This document shows positions 1-9,493 of a stretch of 42,055 nt of DNA, piece by piece (positions within the stretch are counted from its first letter, which is position 1; each line of letters opens with the position of its first letter). The DNA comes from a virus. Taxonomy: Duplodnaviria; Caudoviricetes. The stretch spans positions 1-42,055 of IMG/VR virus record IMGVR_UViG_3300020120_000284. One strand, written 5' to 3'. A program made the position numbers and the translations under genes. The notes beneath the pieces are model-generated. The model did not search any database. It worked only from the letters and a program-made list of their open reading frames with translations, and had not been told where the DNA came from.

Positions 1-149
1 CGATCGTCGTCAACACCGGGGGCAAGCTCTACATCCATGACGGCCACCACCGAATGACCGCGCAGAAGCTTATGGGTAAGACGGAAGCGCCCGCGCGCGT
101 CGTGACGATTAAACTTGCTATGCTTAAACGATGGGCAAACCGAGATTAG
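1..149 (+). CDS. 3' end of ParB/Srx-like N-terminal-domain protein (partial)
   Basis: Frame from nt 3 reads IVVNTGGKLYIHDGHHRMTAQKLMGKTEAPARVVTIKLAMLKRWANRD*; DGHHR is the ParB/Srx motif. Confidence 0.7.
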   Translation, partial: IVVNTGGKLYIHDGHHRMTAQKLMGKTEAPARVVTIKLAMLKRWANRD

Positions 150-742
150 ACCTGTCGGGAAAAACTTTTGGGAGGCTTTGGGTGCTGGAGTGTGCCCGGT
201 TGAATCGGAGGACAGCGTGGTCTTGTCGGTGCACTTGTGGGGCGATGACTGTCGTGCGATCTGACCATCTACTGAGTGGGGTGATCGCTTCTTGTGGATG
301 CCTGATGAGAGAAGCCGTGAGTGCTCGTCGAACCATTCACGGGCTGACCGGTAGTCCCGAATACTATGCCTGGCATGGAATGAAGAGACGCTGTCAGGAT
401 CCGCTCGACAAGGGCTACAAAACATACGGCGCGAAGGGAATCGTTGTTGCGGCGCGCTGGCAATCGTTCGAGAACTTTTTTGCCGACATGGGGCCACGAC
501 CTTCTCAGAGTCACAGCCTAGATCGGTTTCCAAACAATCGGGGAAATTACGAACCTGGAAACGTTCGGTGGGCAACTGACCTTCAGCAAGGCCGGAACAA
601 GACCAACAATCGACTCGTCGAGTTCGAAGGGCGCAGACAATGTCTATCGGCGTGGGCCAGTGAACGGGGGATCAAATACGACACGCTTTATCAACGGCTT
701 GTGCACCTTCGGTGGTCCGTCGAACGGGCCATGGTTCCCTGA
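131..742 (+). CDS. HNH homing endonuclease (family A, copy 1)
   Basis: DLSGKTFGRL..CRCTCG..SCGC..YGAKGI..SLDRFPNNRGNYEPGNVRWAT; visibly lower GC than flanks. Confidence 0.85.
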   Translation: MGKPRLDLSGKTFGRLWVLECARLNRRTAWSCRCTCGAMTVVRSDHLLSGVIASCGCLMREAVSARRTIHGLTGSPEYYAWHGMKRRCQDPLDKGYKTYGAKGIVVAARWQSFENFFADMGPRPSQSHSLDRFPNNRGNYEPGNVRWATDLQQGRNKTNNRLVEFEGRRQCLSAWASERGIKYDTLYQRLVHLRWSVERAMVP

Positions 743-809
743 CCCAGCGGTCAAGTTGCCTAATTGGGTCAGGTTGCACAGGGCGCACAACCCGGGGAGT
801 TTAGGCAAC

Positions 810-1520
810 ATGCTGATCGCCCTGCTCAACCAATCGTCGTACCTGGTCGATAAACTCGATAAGGTCTCCCTAATTGCCCAGGCGGTCTCGAAGCAGCTGC
901 GGCTGCACGCGGCCCCCGCGTGGGCGGCGCTCCCGTGGACGTGCGCGCTCTACCAGGACCCCAACCTGGTGCCCCGGTCGGCCTACCGGCTGTGGCTGCT
1001 GGACGACGCCGACACCGCCGGGGCCCTCGGCTACCACGACCAAGATCCCCACGGCTTTCCCTACGGCAAGGTCTTCGTGAACCCCATCCTAGATTCGGGC
1101 GGCGACCTTATGTCGACGGCCAATTCGATCTCCGTGACGGTCTCGCACGAGTCTCTCGAGATGTTCGGCGACCCCGAGGTCAACCTCTGGGCCCAGATGC
1201 CGGACGGCAACCTCATCGCGTTGGAGCTGGGCGATCCCGTCGAGGGCGACGCCTACCCCATCGGAATCAACGGAATGCCCGTGATGGTGTCGAACTTCGT
1301 GTTCCCCGAGTACTTCGACCAGAACCCCGAGAACACCCGGTTCGATTACATGAAGCGGCTGTCGGCACCATACACGATGACGGCCGGTGGTTATCAGATC
1401 ATTCTCCAGGGCGGGCAGGTCTCCAACGTCTTCGGCGCCGGGTTCCCCGATTGGAAACGACCGGGCAAGGCGTTCCCGGCGGCTCGAACGGCTCGACGTG
1501 CTGCGAAGCTTGCGGCTTAG
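810..1520 (+). CDS. Putative zinc metallopeptidase-like protein
   Basis: ATG 810; ALGYH and SHESLEMFGDP (HExxE-type) motifs; high-GC3 codon usage. Confidence 0.5.
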   Translation: MLIALLNQSSYLVDKLDKVSLIAQAVSKQLRLHAAPAWAALPWTCALYQDPNLVPRSAYRLWLLDDADTAGALGYHDQDPHGFPYGKVFVNPILDSGGDLMSTANSISVTVSHESLEMFGDPEVNLWAQMPDGNLIALELGDPVEGDAYPIGINGMPVMVSNFVFPEYFDQNPENTRFDYMKRLSAPYTMTAGGYQIILQGGQVSNVFGAGFPDWKRPGKAFPAARTARRAAKLAA

Positions 1521-1647
1521 CGGCGACGACCTCGATTGGGTCGTCGCGATGGCGTCGGTCGCGTTCGTCGCGGGTTACGGCTGCGTCATGCTGGCCAAGA
1601 CGCTGGTGGTGGTCTGGTGGGAACAGCTGGGCGACCGAAGGAGCTGA
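1498..1647 (+). CDS. Small membrane protein
   Basis: Hydrophobic stretch WVVAMASVAFVAGYGCVMLAKTLVVVWW; start uncertain. Confidence 0.4.
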   Translation: MLRSLRLSGDDLDWVVAMASVAFVAGYGCVMLAKTLVVVWWEQLGDRRS

Positions 1648-1650
1648 ACG

Positions 1651-2169
1651 ATGCTGACGATGAACGTAGTGCTGCAGGACCCGACCCGAGAGTACTGGGA
1701 GGGCGCGCTCGTGACGCCCGAGATGGCGAGGCAACTGGAGGTCCGGGGGGTCTGTACGATCCCGTCGGTACCGGAGCTCTCGGACCGGAACGGCGCGGGC
1801 GGCTACCTGAAGCGCTCGTGGGGTGCGGGCTGGCCGCTCGGACAGGTACCGGGCCGGGTCTGTCCGATCGCGTTGTTCGTGCAGCCGGTGCTCAACCGGC
1901 TGCATTGGCGCTGCCGCATCCGGTTGGCCCCGGGGGTCGAGAAGCCCGCCGAGGATGGACTTCTCCGATTGGTTCCCGATGCCCAACAGATCTGCACGTC
2001 GGTGTCGGGGTTCAGCGCGGGCGAGGGCGCGTACCGTCGGTTCCGTGACCTTGGGGAGCCCGACCAGCTTGGTGGCTGGACGGTCGGCGGGACCATCGGG
2101 GTTCAGACGGCATCCCACCAGTACCTGGCGATGGCGTTGCACGCGTTCGGCCCCGGCATGCTGGTCTAG
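1651..2169 (+). CDS. Hypothetical protein
   Basis: 172-aa ORF with AAGGAG upstream, packed with neighbours. Confidence 0.6.
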   Translation: MLTMNVVLQDPTREYWEGALVTPEMARQLEVRGVCTIPSVPELSDRNGAGGYLKRSWGAGWPLGQVPGRVCPIALFVQPVLNRLHWRCRIRLAPGVEKPAEDGLLRLVPDAQQICTSVSGFSAGEGAYRRFRDLGEPDQLGGWTVGGTIGVQTASHQYLAMALHAFGPGMLV

Positions 2170-2195
2170 TGGCTGGCGGTGTCGCAGACGGCGTG

Positions 2196-2460
2196 ATGCC
2201 GGGCCCGTACGTTCGCCACTGCAACGTTTGTGGGGCCGCGGGTGCCTTGCTGGTGGGTCCGGTTCCACAACGAGCTGGCGTTCCGGGTGCTGGAGTGTCG
2301 CGGGTGCATCGCGCGCAATGACCTGGAGTTCGCGCTCATCCGGGGCGAGTACTTCCGGCTGCGGGACTGTGGGGTGGAGGCCAAGTACGCCAACCGCATC
2401 CAGAACATCAGGATCGACCAGTTGATGAGTCGTGGGGCATTCGGGCCGCCGGACGCGTGA
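2196..2460 (+). pseudogene. Possible zinc-ribbon protein split by a +1 frameshift
   Basis: MPGPYVRHCNVCG (from 2196) continues after GGGG 2232-2235 in the next frame as PRVPCWW..LECRGC.. Confidence 0.35.
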
Positions 2461-2477
2461 AACGGTAGGATCTCGCC

Positions 2478-2876
2478 ATGGACGTCCAGAACCGCAAGAT
2501 GACGAGGGGCGATACCTACGCGTTCGACCACTTCGCCAAGAAACCGGACCCCACGACCGGCATTCTGGTGCCGGTCGACCTGACGGGTGGGCGCGCGTGG
2601 TTCACGGCCAAGCGGTCCATCACGGACGTGGACGTCAACGCGATCGTCAAGGTCTCGACCGTCGCGGACGATGTCTTCGGTTTGGGCATCACGGTCATCA
2701 ACGCCGCGGGTGGCCAGATCCGCGTGACGATCCCGGCGGCCTCCACCAAGGTGCTGCCGTTCAATCCGGTGGACCTGCTGTACGACATCCAGGTGGCGGA
2801 GTCCGGGGGCGCCACCACCACGAGCCAATCGGGCGTTCTGACGGTCTCGCCCGACGTGACGCTCGCGGTTCCCTAA
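2478..2876 (+). CDS. BppU-N-like Ig-fold virion protein
   Basis: RGDT..DLTG..FTAK..GQIRVTIPAAST..YDIQV..G.LTVSPDVT pattern. Confidence 0.6.
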   Translation: MDVQNRKMTRGDTYAFDHFAKKPDPTTGILVPVDLTGGRAWFTAKRSITDVDVNAIVKVSTVADDVFGLGITVINAAGGQIRVTIPAASTKVLPFNPVDLLYDIQVAESGGATTTSQSGVLTVSPDVTLAVP

Positions 2877-2879
2877 GCG

Positions 2880-2899
2880 ACCGCGCATCGATGCGCGGT
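2880..2899. repeat. Palindrome copy 1 ACCGCGCATCGATGCGCGGT
   Basis: Perfect 20-bp inverted repeat just after stop 2876. Confidence 0.95.
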
Positions 2900-2952
2900 T
2901 GGAAGGCCCGGACCGTGGGTGTCACGATCCGAGGGACCAGGAGGTCGACCCC

Positions 2953-4146
2953 GTGCGATTTGGGAAGGCATTTAAACGAACGGTTGGTGGCGCTGGTACC
3001 GTCCTGGGTAGCGATTCGACCCCCACGGGTAAGCCGGCGGACAAGAACAACGACAATCAGCTGTCGTGGAAGCTCAACAGTATCAACGGTTACCCCGTCG
3101 AGAGGGTGGCGGTCGGCTACGGTTGCACGGCCGCGGGTTCCGCGTTGTCCGCGACCCTCTGGATCTACGACGACACCAGTGACGCTTGGTATCAGGCGTC
3201 GACCGCTACCCTCACGCTCAACCACGTCACGTACTTCGACCAGCCCACGCTGAGTGATTCGGCCGGTGGCATTACGGCCGGGTGTTTGGACGTGTGTCTG
3301 GTGGTGGCGGCCGCTGGGGGCGATGCCGCCGGTACCTACACGTTCACCATCGGGATGGACCTGTCGTCCGACGGGTCCAGCATTGCGGCGGGCGCCGGTA
3401 ACGCGACCGCTGCCAACCAGGTGTTGGGCAACGCTTCGCTCTCGTCGATCGACGGAAAGATCGGCGCGAGCGCCGCGCCGGCCGACGCCAAGACCAACGC
3501 GTCGGCGGCCTCGGGCTTCGTCCAGTCGTTCCTGTCGGCGTTCAACGGTGCCACCTGGGACCGGGTGCGCGCGGGTGTGACGGCCGTGGCGTCGTCGTTC
3601 ACCGGGATGTTGAATTCGCTGCCCTGGGCCATCTATCACGCGGCCCCAACGGTCCGGGCGGATGCCCAGGGTGGTCCGCTCGAGGCCATGACGGACGGAA
3701 GCCTCAGGACGACCGAGCAGCAGAAGCCGGGAGCTGAAAACAACGTCAACAACGTCATCGAGACCCAAAACAAGCCGGTGGCGGTCGCGGACTACGCCTG
3801 GACCGTGAAGTCATCGGTCGCGCTCGAAGCCAGCGACATCATCAAAGCGAGCCCTGGGATCCTTCGGAGCCTGTCGGGTCGAATCGATTCGACCGAGGCG
3901 TCCTCCACCTACTACATCCAGTTGTTCGATGCGGCGACTCTACCGGCCGAAGCGACCGCCACGTCCGCTACGATTCCGGCGCCCCAGAAGATCCAGCACG
4001 TCAACGGCACGGATTCGAAGTTCTCGTTCGACTACTCCCAAAACGGCGTTGCATTCCTAACCGGCATCGTGGCAGTGCTGTCGACGACTGAGTTCACCAA
4101 GACGATCGCCGGGTCCTTCCTCAGCATCACGGCGGAGTACAAGTGA
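2953..4146 (+). CDS. Putative virion structural protein
   Basis: AGGAGGT RBS then GTG; Ala/Thr/Ser/Gly-rich. Confidence 0.6.
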   Translation: MRFGKAFKRTVGGAGTVLGSDSTPTGKPADKNNDNQLSWKLNSINGYPVERVAVGYGCTAAGSALSATLWIYDDTSDAWYQASTATLTLNHVTYFDQPTLSDSAGGITAGCLDVCLVVAAAGGDAAGTYTFTIGMDLSSDGSSIAAGAGNATAANQVLGNASLSSIDGKIGASAAPADAKTNASAASGFVQSFLSAFNGATWDRVRAGVTAVASSFTGMLNSLPWAIYHAAPTVRADAQGGPLEAMTDGSLRTTEQQKPGAENNVNNVIETQNKPVAVADYAWTVKSSVALEASDIIKASPGILRSLSGRIDSTEASSTYYIQLFDAATLPAEATATSATIPAPQKIQHVNGTDSKFSFDYSQNGVAFLTGIVAVLSTTEFTKTIAGSFLSITAEYK

Positions 4147-4598
4147 TCTCCAGCTTCTCGCAGATTCCTGGCCAATTCACGAAGGCCAAGTCGGGGGCCC
4201 AGTCGGTCGCCAGCAGCGCCGTGCTGGTCGACGAGACGGATCTCCAGCTCGCGATCGGCAAGAACGAGACCTGGGTGTTCACGTGGACGCTGGCGGTGGT
4301 GTTCGCGGCGGCCGGTGGCCTTCGAGTGGCGGTCGTGACGCCCTCGGGCGCCAGTCAATTGATCACGGCCCACCTGGTTCCTGACGCGATTTTGCCGGGG
4401 TTCTTGACCACCACGACGAGTGGCGCGGCCCTGGCGTTCACCATAACGCTGGGGGTCGGTGGGGTCGTGACGGTGGTGGCGACCGTCGTGAACGGCGCGA
4501 CCGCCGGGACCGTCAAGCTTCAATTCGCACAATCGGTCTCGTCCGTCACCAACACGACGTTGCAGGCTTCGAGTTCACTCGTGGCCCGGAGGGCGTAG
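4143..4598 (+). CDS. Putative virion structural protein (beta-rich)
   Basis: GTGA overlap with upstream gene; VKLQFAQ..TTLQASS C-terminus. Confidence 0.6.
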   Translation: MISSFSQIPGQFTKAKSGAQSVASSAVLVDETDLQLAIGKNETWVFTWTLAVVFAAAGGLRVAVVTPSGASQLITAHLVPDAILPGFLTTTTSGAALAFTITLGVGGVVTVVATVVNGATAGTVKLQFAQSVSSVTNTTLQASSSLVARRA

Positions 4599-4601
4599 GA
4601 A

Positions 4602-5735
4602 ATGCCCACGACGGCCGACAGGGTGGCGGGCGATCGTTCTGCCAACGTATTCGACGCTCGGTTGGTTTCGAGTGCGAGCACCGGACTCGTGACACTTCCG
4701 TCGTATTTGACGATCACGGGGGCGACGGCCGGACGGTCAATCCGAACGGGACCATCGACGGTGGTGTCGGCGTTGGGGGCCAACGCAGCGCGAGCCCGCC
4801 GGACCAACTCCGCTGGGTTCGCGCTGGCCGTCGAGAAGGCGATGACCCAGTTCGAAAAGAACACCAATGACTTCACGGCGGCTTCTTGGAACAAGGACGG
4901 TATGACGGTAGATGCTGGTGCCGTTACGCTTCCGGACGGGACGTCTGTCTCGGGTAAGAATCAGCTCAACTTGACGGGTTGTGCGGGCGCCGATGGCCCG
5001 TACCAAACGACCGCGATGGGTGCGGTTTCCTACTGTTTGAGCGTCTGGATGCAACAGGCGGGCGGCGCCTGTACGTTCAAAATCACGGATTCTGTCACCG
5101 GAACTCAACAAGAGTCGGCAGTTCTGAATACCGTCTGGACCCAATACGTACACGTACGGAACGTGTCGTTCGGAGACCCCACGGGTGCGGGCATTTGGAT
5201 CCTCAAGACGTCGGGAAATGCCCTTGGGCAGGTCGCTTTTCCTCAAGCGGAAAATGGTCTGTATCCGACGTCGTTCTTTCCCAATACCGGCACATCACCT
5301 ACGACCAGGGCGCAGGATTTGCTCGTCCACAACACCCCCTCGATCCTTGCGCCCAATGGGTTCTTCCCGGGACTCGACATCTCGGTGGTGCCGCATTACG
5401 CGAGCACCGAGTACATCGCGGACCACAACCTTGTTTATTTCGGTGCTAACGACAGGATTTTCCTTCGTCAGGCCGACAACAAGGTCGTGCTGCGGCTGGG
5501 TGGTGCCGACATCGTATCGACCGCTTTGACGTTTGCTCGAGAGGACGAAATTCGGGTCCGGGCCCAACATACGGCGGCCGGCCGCAGGCTTTTCGTATGG
5601 TTGAATGGTGGCAAGATCTACGACTCAACCCTCCAGAGTGCGGGCGCCGCCATCACGCTACCGGGCTCCGTCGGCCTGTTGAGCGACGGGACCACGACCG
5701 TGGAGTCCGCGGGGCTCCGTCGGTTGGCAGCCTAG
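4602..5735 (+). CDS. Head spike/fibre-domain protein
   Basis: QAENGLYPTSFFPNTGTSPTTRAQD resembles the QLE.G..PTSYIPT..TRAAD motif of phage spike/fibre proteins. Confidence 0.55.
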   Translation: MPTTADRVAGDRSANVFDARLVSSASTGLVTLPSYLTITGATAGRSIRTGPSTVVSALGANAARARRTNSAGFALAVEKAMTQFEKNTNDFTAASWNKDGMTVDAGAVTLPDGTSVSGKNQLNLTGCAGADGPYQTTAMGAVSYCLSVWMQQAGGACTFKITDSVTGTQQESAVLNTVWTQYVHVRNVSFGDPTGAGIWILKTSGNALGQVAFPQAENGLYPTSFFPNTGTSPTTRAQDLLVHNTPSILAPNGFFPGLDISVVPHYASTEYIADHNLVYFGANDRIFLRQADNKVVLRLGGADIVSTALTFAREDEIRVRAQHTAAGRRLFVWLNGGKIYDSTLQSAGAAITLPGSVGLLSDGTTTVESAGLRRLAA

Positions 5736-5786
5736 GCCCCACCGGTTCACGCTTAGGTCGAACTCCAAAAGAGCGAGGAACCCCCG

Positions 5787-6551
5787 ATGGCCCAGTTCTA
5801 CGTCGTCAATGTCGTGCGTTTTGCGGGTGGTGTGTTGCTGCCCGGGACCCTGTTGGACTCGGTCGTCGACCCCACCAGCTACAACGCCGCGGTCAACGCG
5901 GGGGCCCTGCTGATTCCGTCGAGCGACACAGCCGTCGCGACCGCTGCGGCGGCTGCCGCCAAGGCCAAGCGAAAGGGAGCCAACGAGCAGGAGCTCCAGG
6001 CCATCATGATGTCGGGCATCGAGAAGGCGCAGGGCGCCGACTCTGGTGCTGCCGGTGGGATCGCGGCAGACGTCAGCATCGCGGACGCCGGCGGCCTCAT
6101 CACCGCGACAGACGTCGAGGGTGCGCTCCAGGAAATCGCGAACGGTGCCCTTACGCTGTTCAAGCGAACGGTCAACCTCCTGCACGGTGCCGTCACCGCC
6201 ACCCCCGACAACGTCGCCACGGCCTTCACGGCCAACATCGGGGCAGTCCTACCGGCCAACGCCGTCGTATTGGCTCACGAAGTTTTGGTCACCACGTTGT
6301 TTTCGGGCGGTGGTCTGACGGCCGCCAAGCTCGACGTCGGCGGCACCACCACGACCGCCATCGTCAACCAACAGGACGTGTTTACGGGTGCCGCCACCGG
6401 TAAGACCTCGGTCAACACCGGCAGCCACGAGCGCGGAAAGTTCAGCGCAGAACAGTTGGTCGCGACCCTTACGCCCGACGCCGGTCACAAGACCTCGCAA
6501 GCTACCGCGGGCGACGTCACCATCACGGTTTGGTACTCGGTCCTGGCGTAG
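5787..6551 (+). CDS. Putative virion structural protein
   Basis: GAGGA RBS; ATDVEGALQEI motif seen in fibre/decoration proteins. Confidence 0.6.
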   Translation: MAQFYVVNVVRFAGGVLLPGTLLDSVVDPTSYNAAVNAGALLIPSSDTAVATAAAAAAKAKRKGANEQELQAIMMSGIEKAQGADSGAAGGIAADVSIADAGGLITATDVEGALQEIANGALTLFKRTVNLLHGAVTATPDNVATAFTANIGAVLPANAVVLAHEVLVTTLFSGGGLTAAKLDVGGTTTTAIVNQQDVFTGAATGKTSVNTGSHERGKFSAEQLVATLTPDAGHKTSQATAGDVTITVWYSVLA

Positions 6552-6587
6552 TCGACTGAAGCGCTTGGGTGCGCCACCATCCTCGGT

Positions 6588-7007
6588 ATGAAGAAGATGG
6601 TGGCGATGCTGCTGGTTTCCGTGATGTCCATCACGATGGGGGGCTGTGCTGCCCTCGGGATGGCGGTCCCGGCCCTTACGAGTGTGGCGGCAAAGGTCGC
6701 GGACGCCGAGGCGATTCTCGCGATCGTAAAGTCGGCGATCGACCTGTTCTACGCGGTCAATCCGAAGGCACCGGGCCGGCTGGACGTCGAGAAGGCGTAC
6801 GCCGCCTGTCAGGAAGCGCTAGATGCAGCGGTCCTGACGTCCAACGGCGTCAAGGACATGAGCGCCAAGGACGAGACCGCGGCCTTTACGAAGTTCCGGC
6901 AGGCCTGGACCGACCTCACGACCGTGCTGGCCCAGTACCACGTCGACAACGATCCCAACGTCAAAGGTGCGGTCTCACGGTTCCGCCGCCCTCTCGCCGC
7001 TCAATAA
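6588..7007 (+). CDS. Lipoprotein
   Basis: MKK + hydrophobic core + MGGC lipobox-like Cys. Confidence 0.65.
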   Translation: MKKMVAMLLVSVMSITMGGCAALGMAVPALTSVAAKVADAEAILAIVKSAIDLFYAVNPKAPGRLDVEKAYAACQEALDAAVLTSNGVKDMSAKDETAAFTKFRQAWTDLTTVLAQYHVDNDPNVKGAVSRFRRPLAAQ

Positions 7008-7013
7008 GCGGCG

Positions 7014-7037
7014 GGACCGCGCATCGATGCGCGGTCC
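7014..7037. repeat. Palindrome copy 2 GGACCGCGCATCGATGCGCGGTCC
   Basis: Perfect 24-bp inverted repeat, intergenic. Confidence 0.95.
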
Positions 7038-7062
7038 GGGTCGCCAGGGTAGAAGAGTGGGC

Positions 7063-7377
7063 ATGGTGTTGGCCGCGCGTAACGTCCTGGGAGTCGCGCT
7101 GTTCCTAGCGGGCGTCGCGCTCGAAGCGGTGGGCCGCCGGCTCTCGCCGATGGCGGTGGAGCTGACGAAGGACCGGGGCCGCGAGGAGCGGGACCAAGAG
7201 ACCAGGGGGCTCGTCGACGAGATGAACGGCGATGGTCTGGGGTCGGTGTCGTTATCGCCCGAAGCCCTGCGGATGCGGGCCGAGGGAGACGAGCGCCGAG
7301 ACCGTCCGGAACCCGTGGTGTCCAAGCCGTTGGCCGGGAGTGCTGCGGCCCGATTCGCCCGCAAGCAGGTGGGCTAG
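7063..7377 (+). CDS. Hypothetical protein with N-terminal hydrophobic segment
   Basis: ATG 7063; VLGVALFLAGVAL. Confidence 0.55.
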   Translation: MVLAARNVLGVALFLAGVALEAVGRRLSPMAVELTKDRGREERDQETRGLVDEMNGDGLGSVSLSPEALRMRAEGDERRDRPEPVVSKPLAGSAAARFARKQVG

Positions 7378-7380
7378 GCC

Positions 7381-9261
7381 ATGGCGGAGCGCGCCACCCT
7401 CAACGTCGGCGGACCCAACCAGTTCAAGGCCCAGGCGCTCGTCAAGAGCGAACGGTTCCTCGACCTCGACCGTCGTCAGCAGTACTTCGACTGCACCCAG
7501 CACGACTGGAAACGGTACGACTTCAACGGCCGTCCCGTTCGACCCGGCCCCATCTCGGTCCAACCGCTCATCACGACGGAGGTGGCGCCGTTCTACGTGT
7601 CGCTCTACCAACGCCGTCCGAGCTCGCCCGTCCGCATGGGCAAGATCATCGTCGACGCCTTTACCAACATGCTGTTCGGGGAGGACCGGTGGCCCCGTTT
7701 CCTCTGCCAGGGCGACGAGGACACCCAGGACTACGCCGAGGCCTTGGCCAAGGAGGAGAACCTCCGGATCAAGATGATCGAGGTCCGGAACCTCGGCGGT
7801 GCCGTCGGGTCCGTCGGGATGTCGTGGTGCTTCAAGGACGGGAAGCCCAGGGTCGACGTCCACAACACCAAGAACCTGTACGTGCACGAGTGGAAGGACC
7901 GGGCCGCGCTGGTACCGGCGCATGTGTCGGAGGTGTACCTGTACCCGGTCGACGAATACGACGCGGCCAAGGGCAAGGTCGTGCGCAAACAGTACTGGTA
8001 CCGGCACGACTGGGACGAAGAAGACGAGATCGGGTTCCAGCCGGTCGAGTACAAGATCAACGAGGAGCCCGATTGGAAGGAAGACCCCGAGGCGTCGGCC
8101 AACCACGACTTTGGGTTCTGTCCGTTCATCTGGATCCAGAACACCCCCCACAAGGACCCCGATGGGGTGCCTGACTACAACGGGCAATATGAATCGATGG
8201 ACACGCTCGACGTCATCGCGAGCGTTCTGGCGCGCGGCACCACCCTGAACCTCGACCCCACGTTGATCCTCAACATGGACCCCAACATCACGGCCAAGAC
8301 CGGTGTGAAGAAGGGGTCGGACCAAGCGATCGTCGTGGGCGAGGGAGGCGACGCCAAATACCTGGAGCTTGCGGGCACGGGCGTAACGGCCGGTATCTCG
8401 GTGTTTCAGCTGAAGCGCCGCACCATCCTGGAAGCCACACAGTGCGTGGTGCCGGACCCCGAGGAAGTGGCGGCCTCCGGGACGTCTTCGGTCGCGATCA
8501 AGGCGATCTATCAGCCGATGCTCGGGATGTCGGCCGTGCACCGCGAGCAATACGGCGCCGGCATGAAGCGGCTGTTGGAGCAACAGCTCGAGGTCGCGCG
8601 CGATCGACACGGGACGAGCGTTTCGATCACGTCGCCCGCGGACCCCGAGAACGGCAAGTCCGAAGAGACGACCGAAGACGCCATCCAGATGATTGACCTG
8701 CCGCCCAAGGTCAAAGACACGCCCAAGACCGACGACGACGGCAACCCCGAGACCAACGACAAGGGCATTCCGACGGGAGCGGTCGACACCGAGGAACAGG
8801 ATCGGGTGCCGGGCGAGGGCGAGATCTTGGAGCTCGGGTGGGGCGAGTGGTTCCCCATGACACCGCAGGACCGACAGCTCGCGGTCCAGGCGCTGCAGCT
8901 GGCGGCGGGCGCCGGCAAGGCCGTGCTGTCGCAGCAGACAGCCGTCGAGGAAGCGGCCGTCATCTTCAACCGCAACCCGAACGAAGAGTGGAGTCGCATC
9001 CAGACGGCCCAGAAGGCCGACGACGACAAGCAGGCCGAGATGCTGAAGAGCGCGGGCGGACCCATGGCGCCGGGTGTGGGCGGTGGGATGAAGCTGGACC
9101 CCAAGACCGGCAAGATGGTGCCGGCGGGTTCGCCGAAGCCGCCGGGCGGCGGTAAGGGTGGGATCCCCGGGAAGCCCCCTAGCTTGGGCAAGGGTGACGA
9201 CGCCCAGGGCGCCGCGGCCGTCGACGGCAATCCGTTTGCCAAGAAAAAGCCAGGCAAGTAG
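7381..9261 (+). CDS. Phage portal protein (SPP1 gp6-like)
   Basis: 626 aa; IVDAFTNMLFG, NHDFGFCPFIWIQN, GDAKYLE, SSVAIK motifs; precedes minor head gene. Confidence 0.8.
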   Translation: MAERATLNVGGPNQFKAQALVKSERFLDLDRRQQYFDCTQHDWKRYDFNGRPVRPGPISVQPLITTEVAPFYVSLYQRRPSSPVRMGKIIVDAFTNMLFGEDRWPRFLCQGDEDTQDYAEALAKEENLRIKMIEVRNLGGAVGSVGMSWCFKDGKPRVDVHNTKNLYVHEWKDRAALVPAHVSEVYLYPVDEYDAAKGKVVRKQYWYRHDWDEEDEIGFQPVEYKINEEPDWKEDPEASANHDFGFCPFIWIQNTPHKDPDGVPDYNGQYESMDTLDVIASVLARGTTLNLDPTLILNMDPNITAKTGVKKGSDQAIVVGEGGDAKYLELAGTGVTAGISVFQLKRRTILEATQCVVPDPEEVAASGTSSVAIKAIYQPMLGMSAVHREQYGAGMKRLLEQQLEVARDRHGTSVSITSPADPENGKSEETTEDAIQMIDLPPKVKDTPKTDDDGNPETNDKGIPTGAVDTEEQDRVPGEGEILELGWGEWFPMTPQDRQLAVQALQLAAGAGKAVLSQQTAVEEAAVIFNRNPNEEWSRIQTAQKADDDKQAEMLKSAGGPMAPGVGGGMKLDPKTGKMVPAGSPKPPGGGKGGIPGKPPSLGKGDDAQGAAAVDGNPFAKKKPGK

Positions 9262-9310
9262 CGCGGGTCCGGTCGTGTGCTGTGGGTTGGGGCGCGTGTG
9301 ACGCTTCAGG

Positions 9311-9493
9311 GTGCGGCGCAGAATTCTACTGAAACCGGATATCGAGCGAGAGGTCGCGCGCCTTTCCAATCTGCTGGGCAACCACGCGGCCCGGGCGTCC
9401 AAGGGCAGCAGGTTCTTCCGGGCCCAAACGTGTGGATGCGATCTGTGCGGGGCCGCGATCAAACGATTAGAGAAGCTTCGTGCGCAAAGATGA
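9311..9493 (+). CDS. Small hypothetical protein (CxCxxC)
   Basis: 60-aa ORF filling the gap; TCGCDLC. Confidence 0.4.
   Translation: MRRRILLKPDIEREVARLSNLLGNHAARASKGSRFFRAQTCGCDLCGAAIKRLEKLRAQR

Noticed and set aside
1-149. Palindromes as parS sites for the ParB-like protein
   Set aside because: The protein ends shortly after DGHHR with no downstream HTH, and the motif does not match the parS consensus; the N-terminus lies outside the window, so this is not fully excluded
7252-9462. Long minus-strand ORFs (also 14143-15540, 30688-32199, 36011-37393)
   Set aside because: Antisense shadows of high-GC3 genes; Arg/Gly/His-rich translations with no motifs
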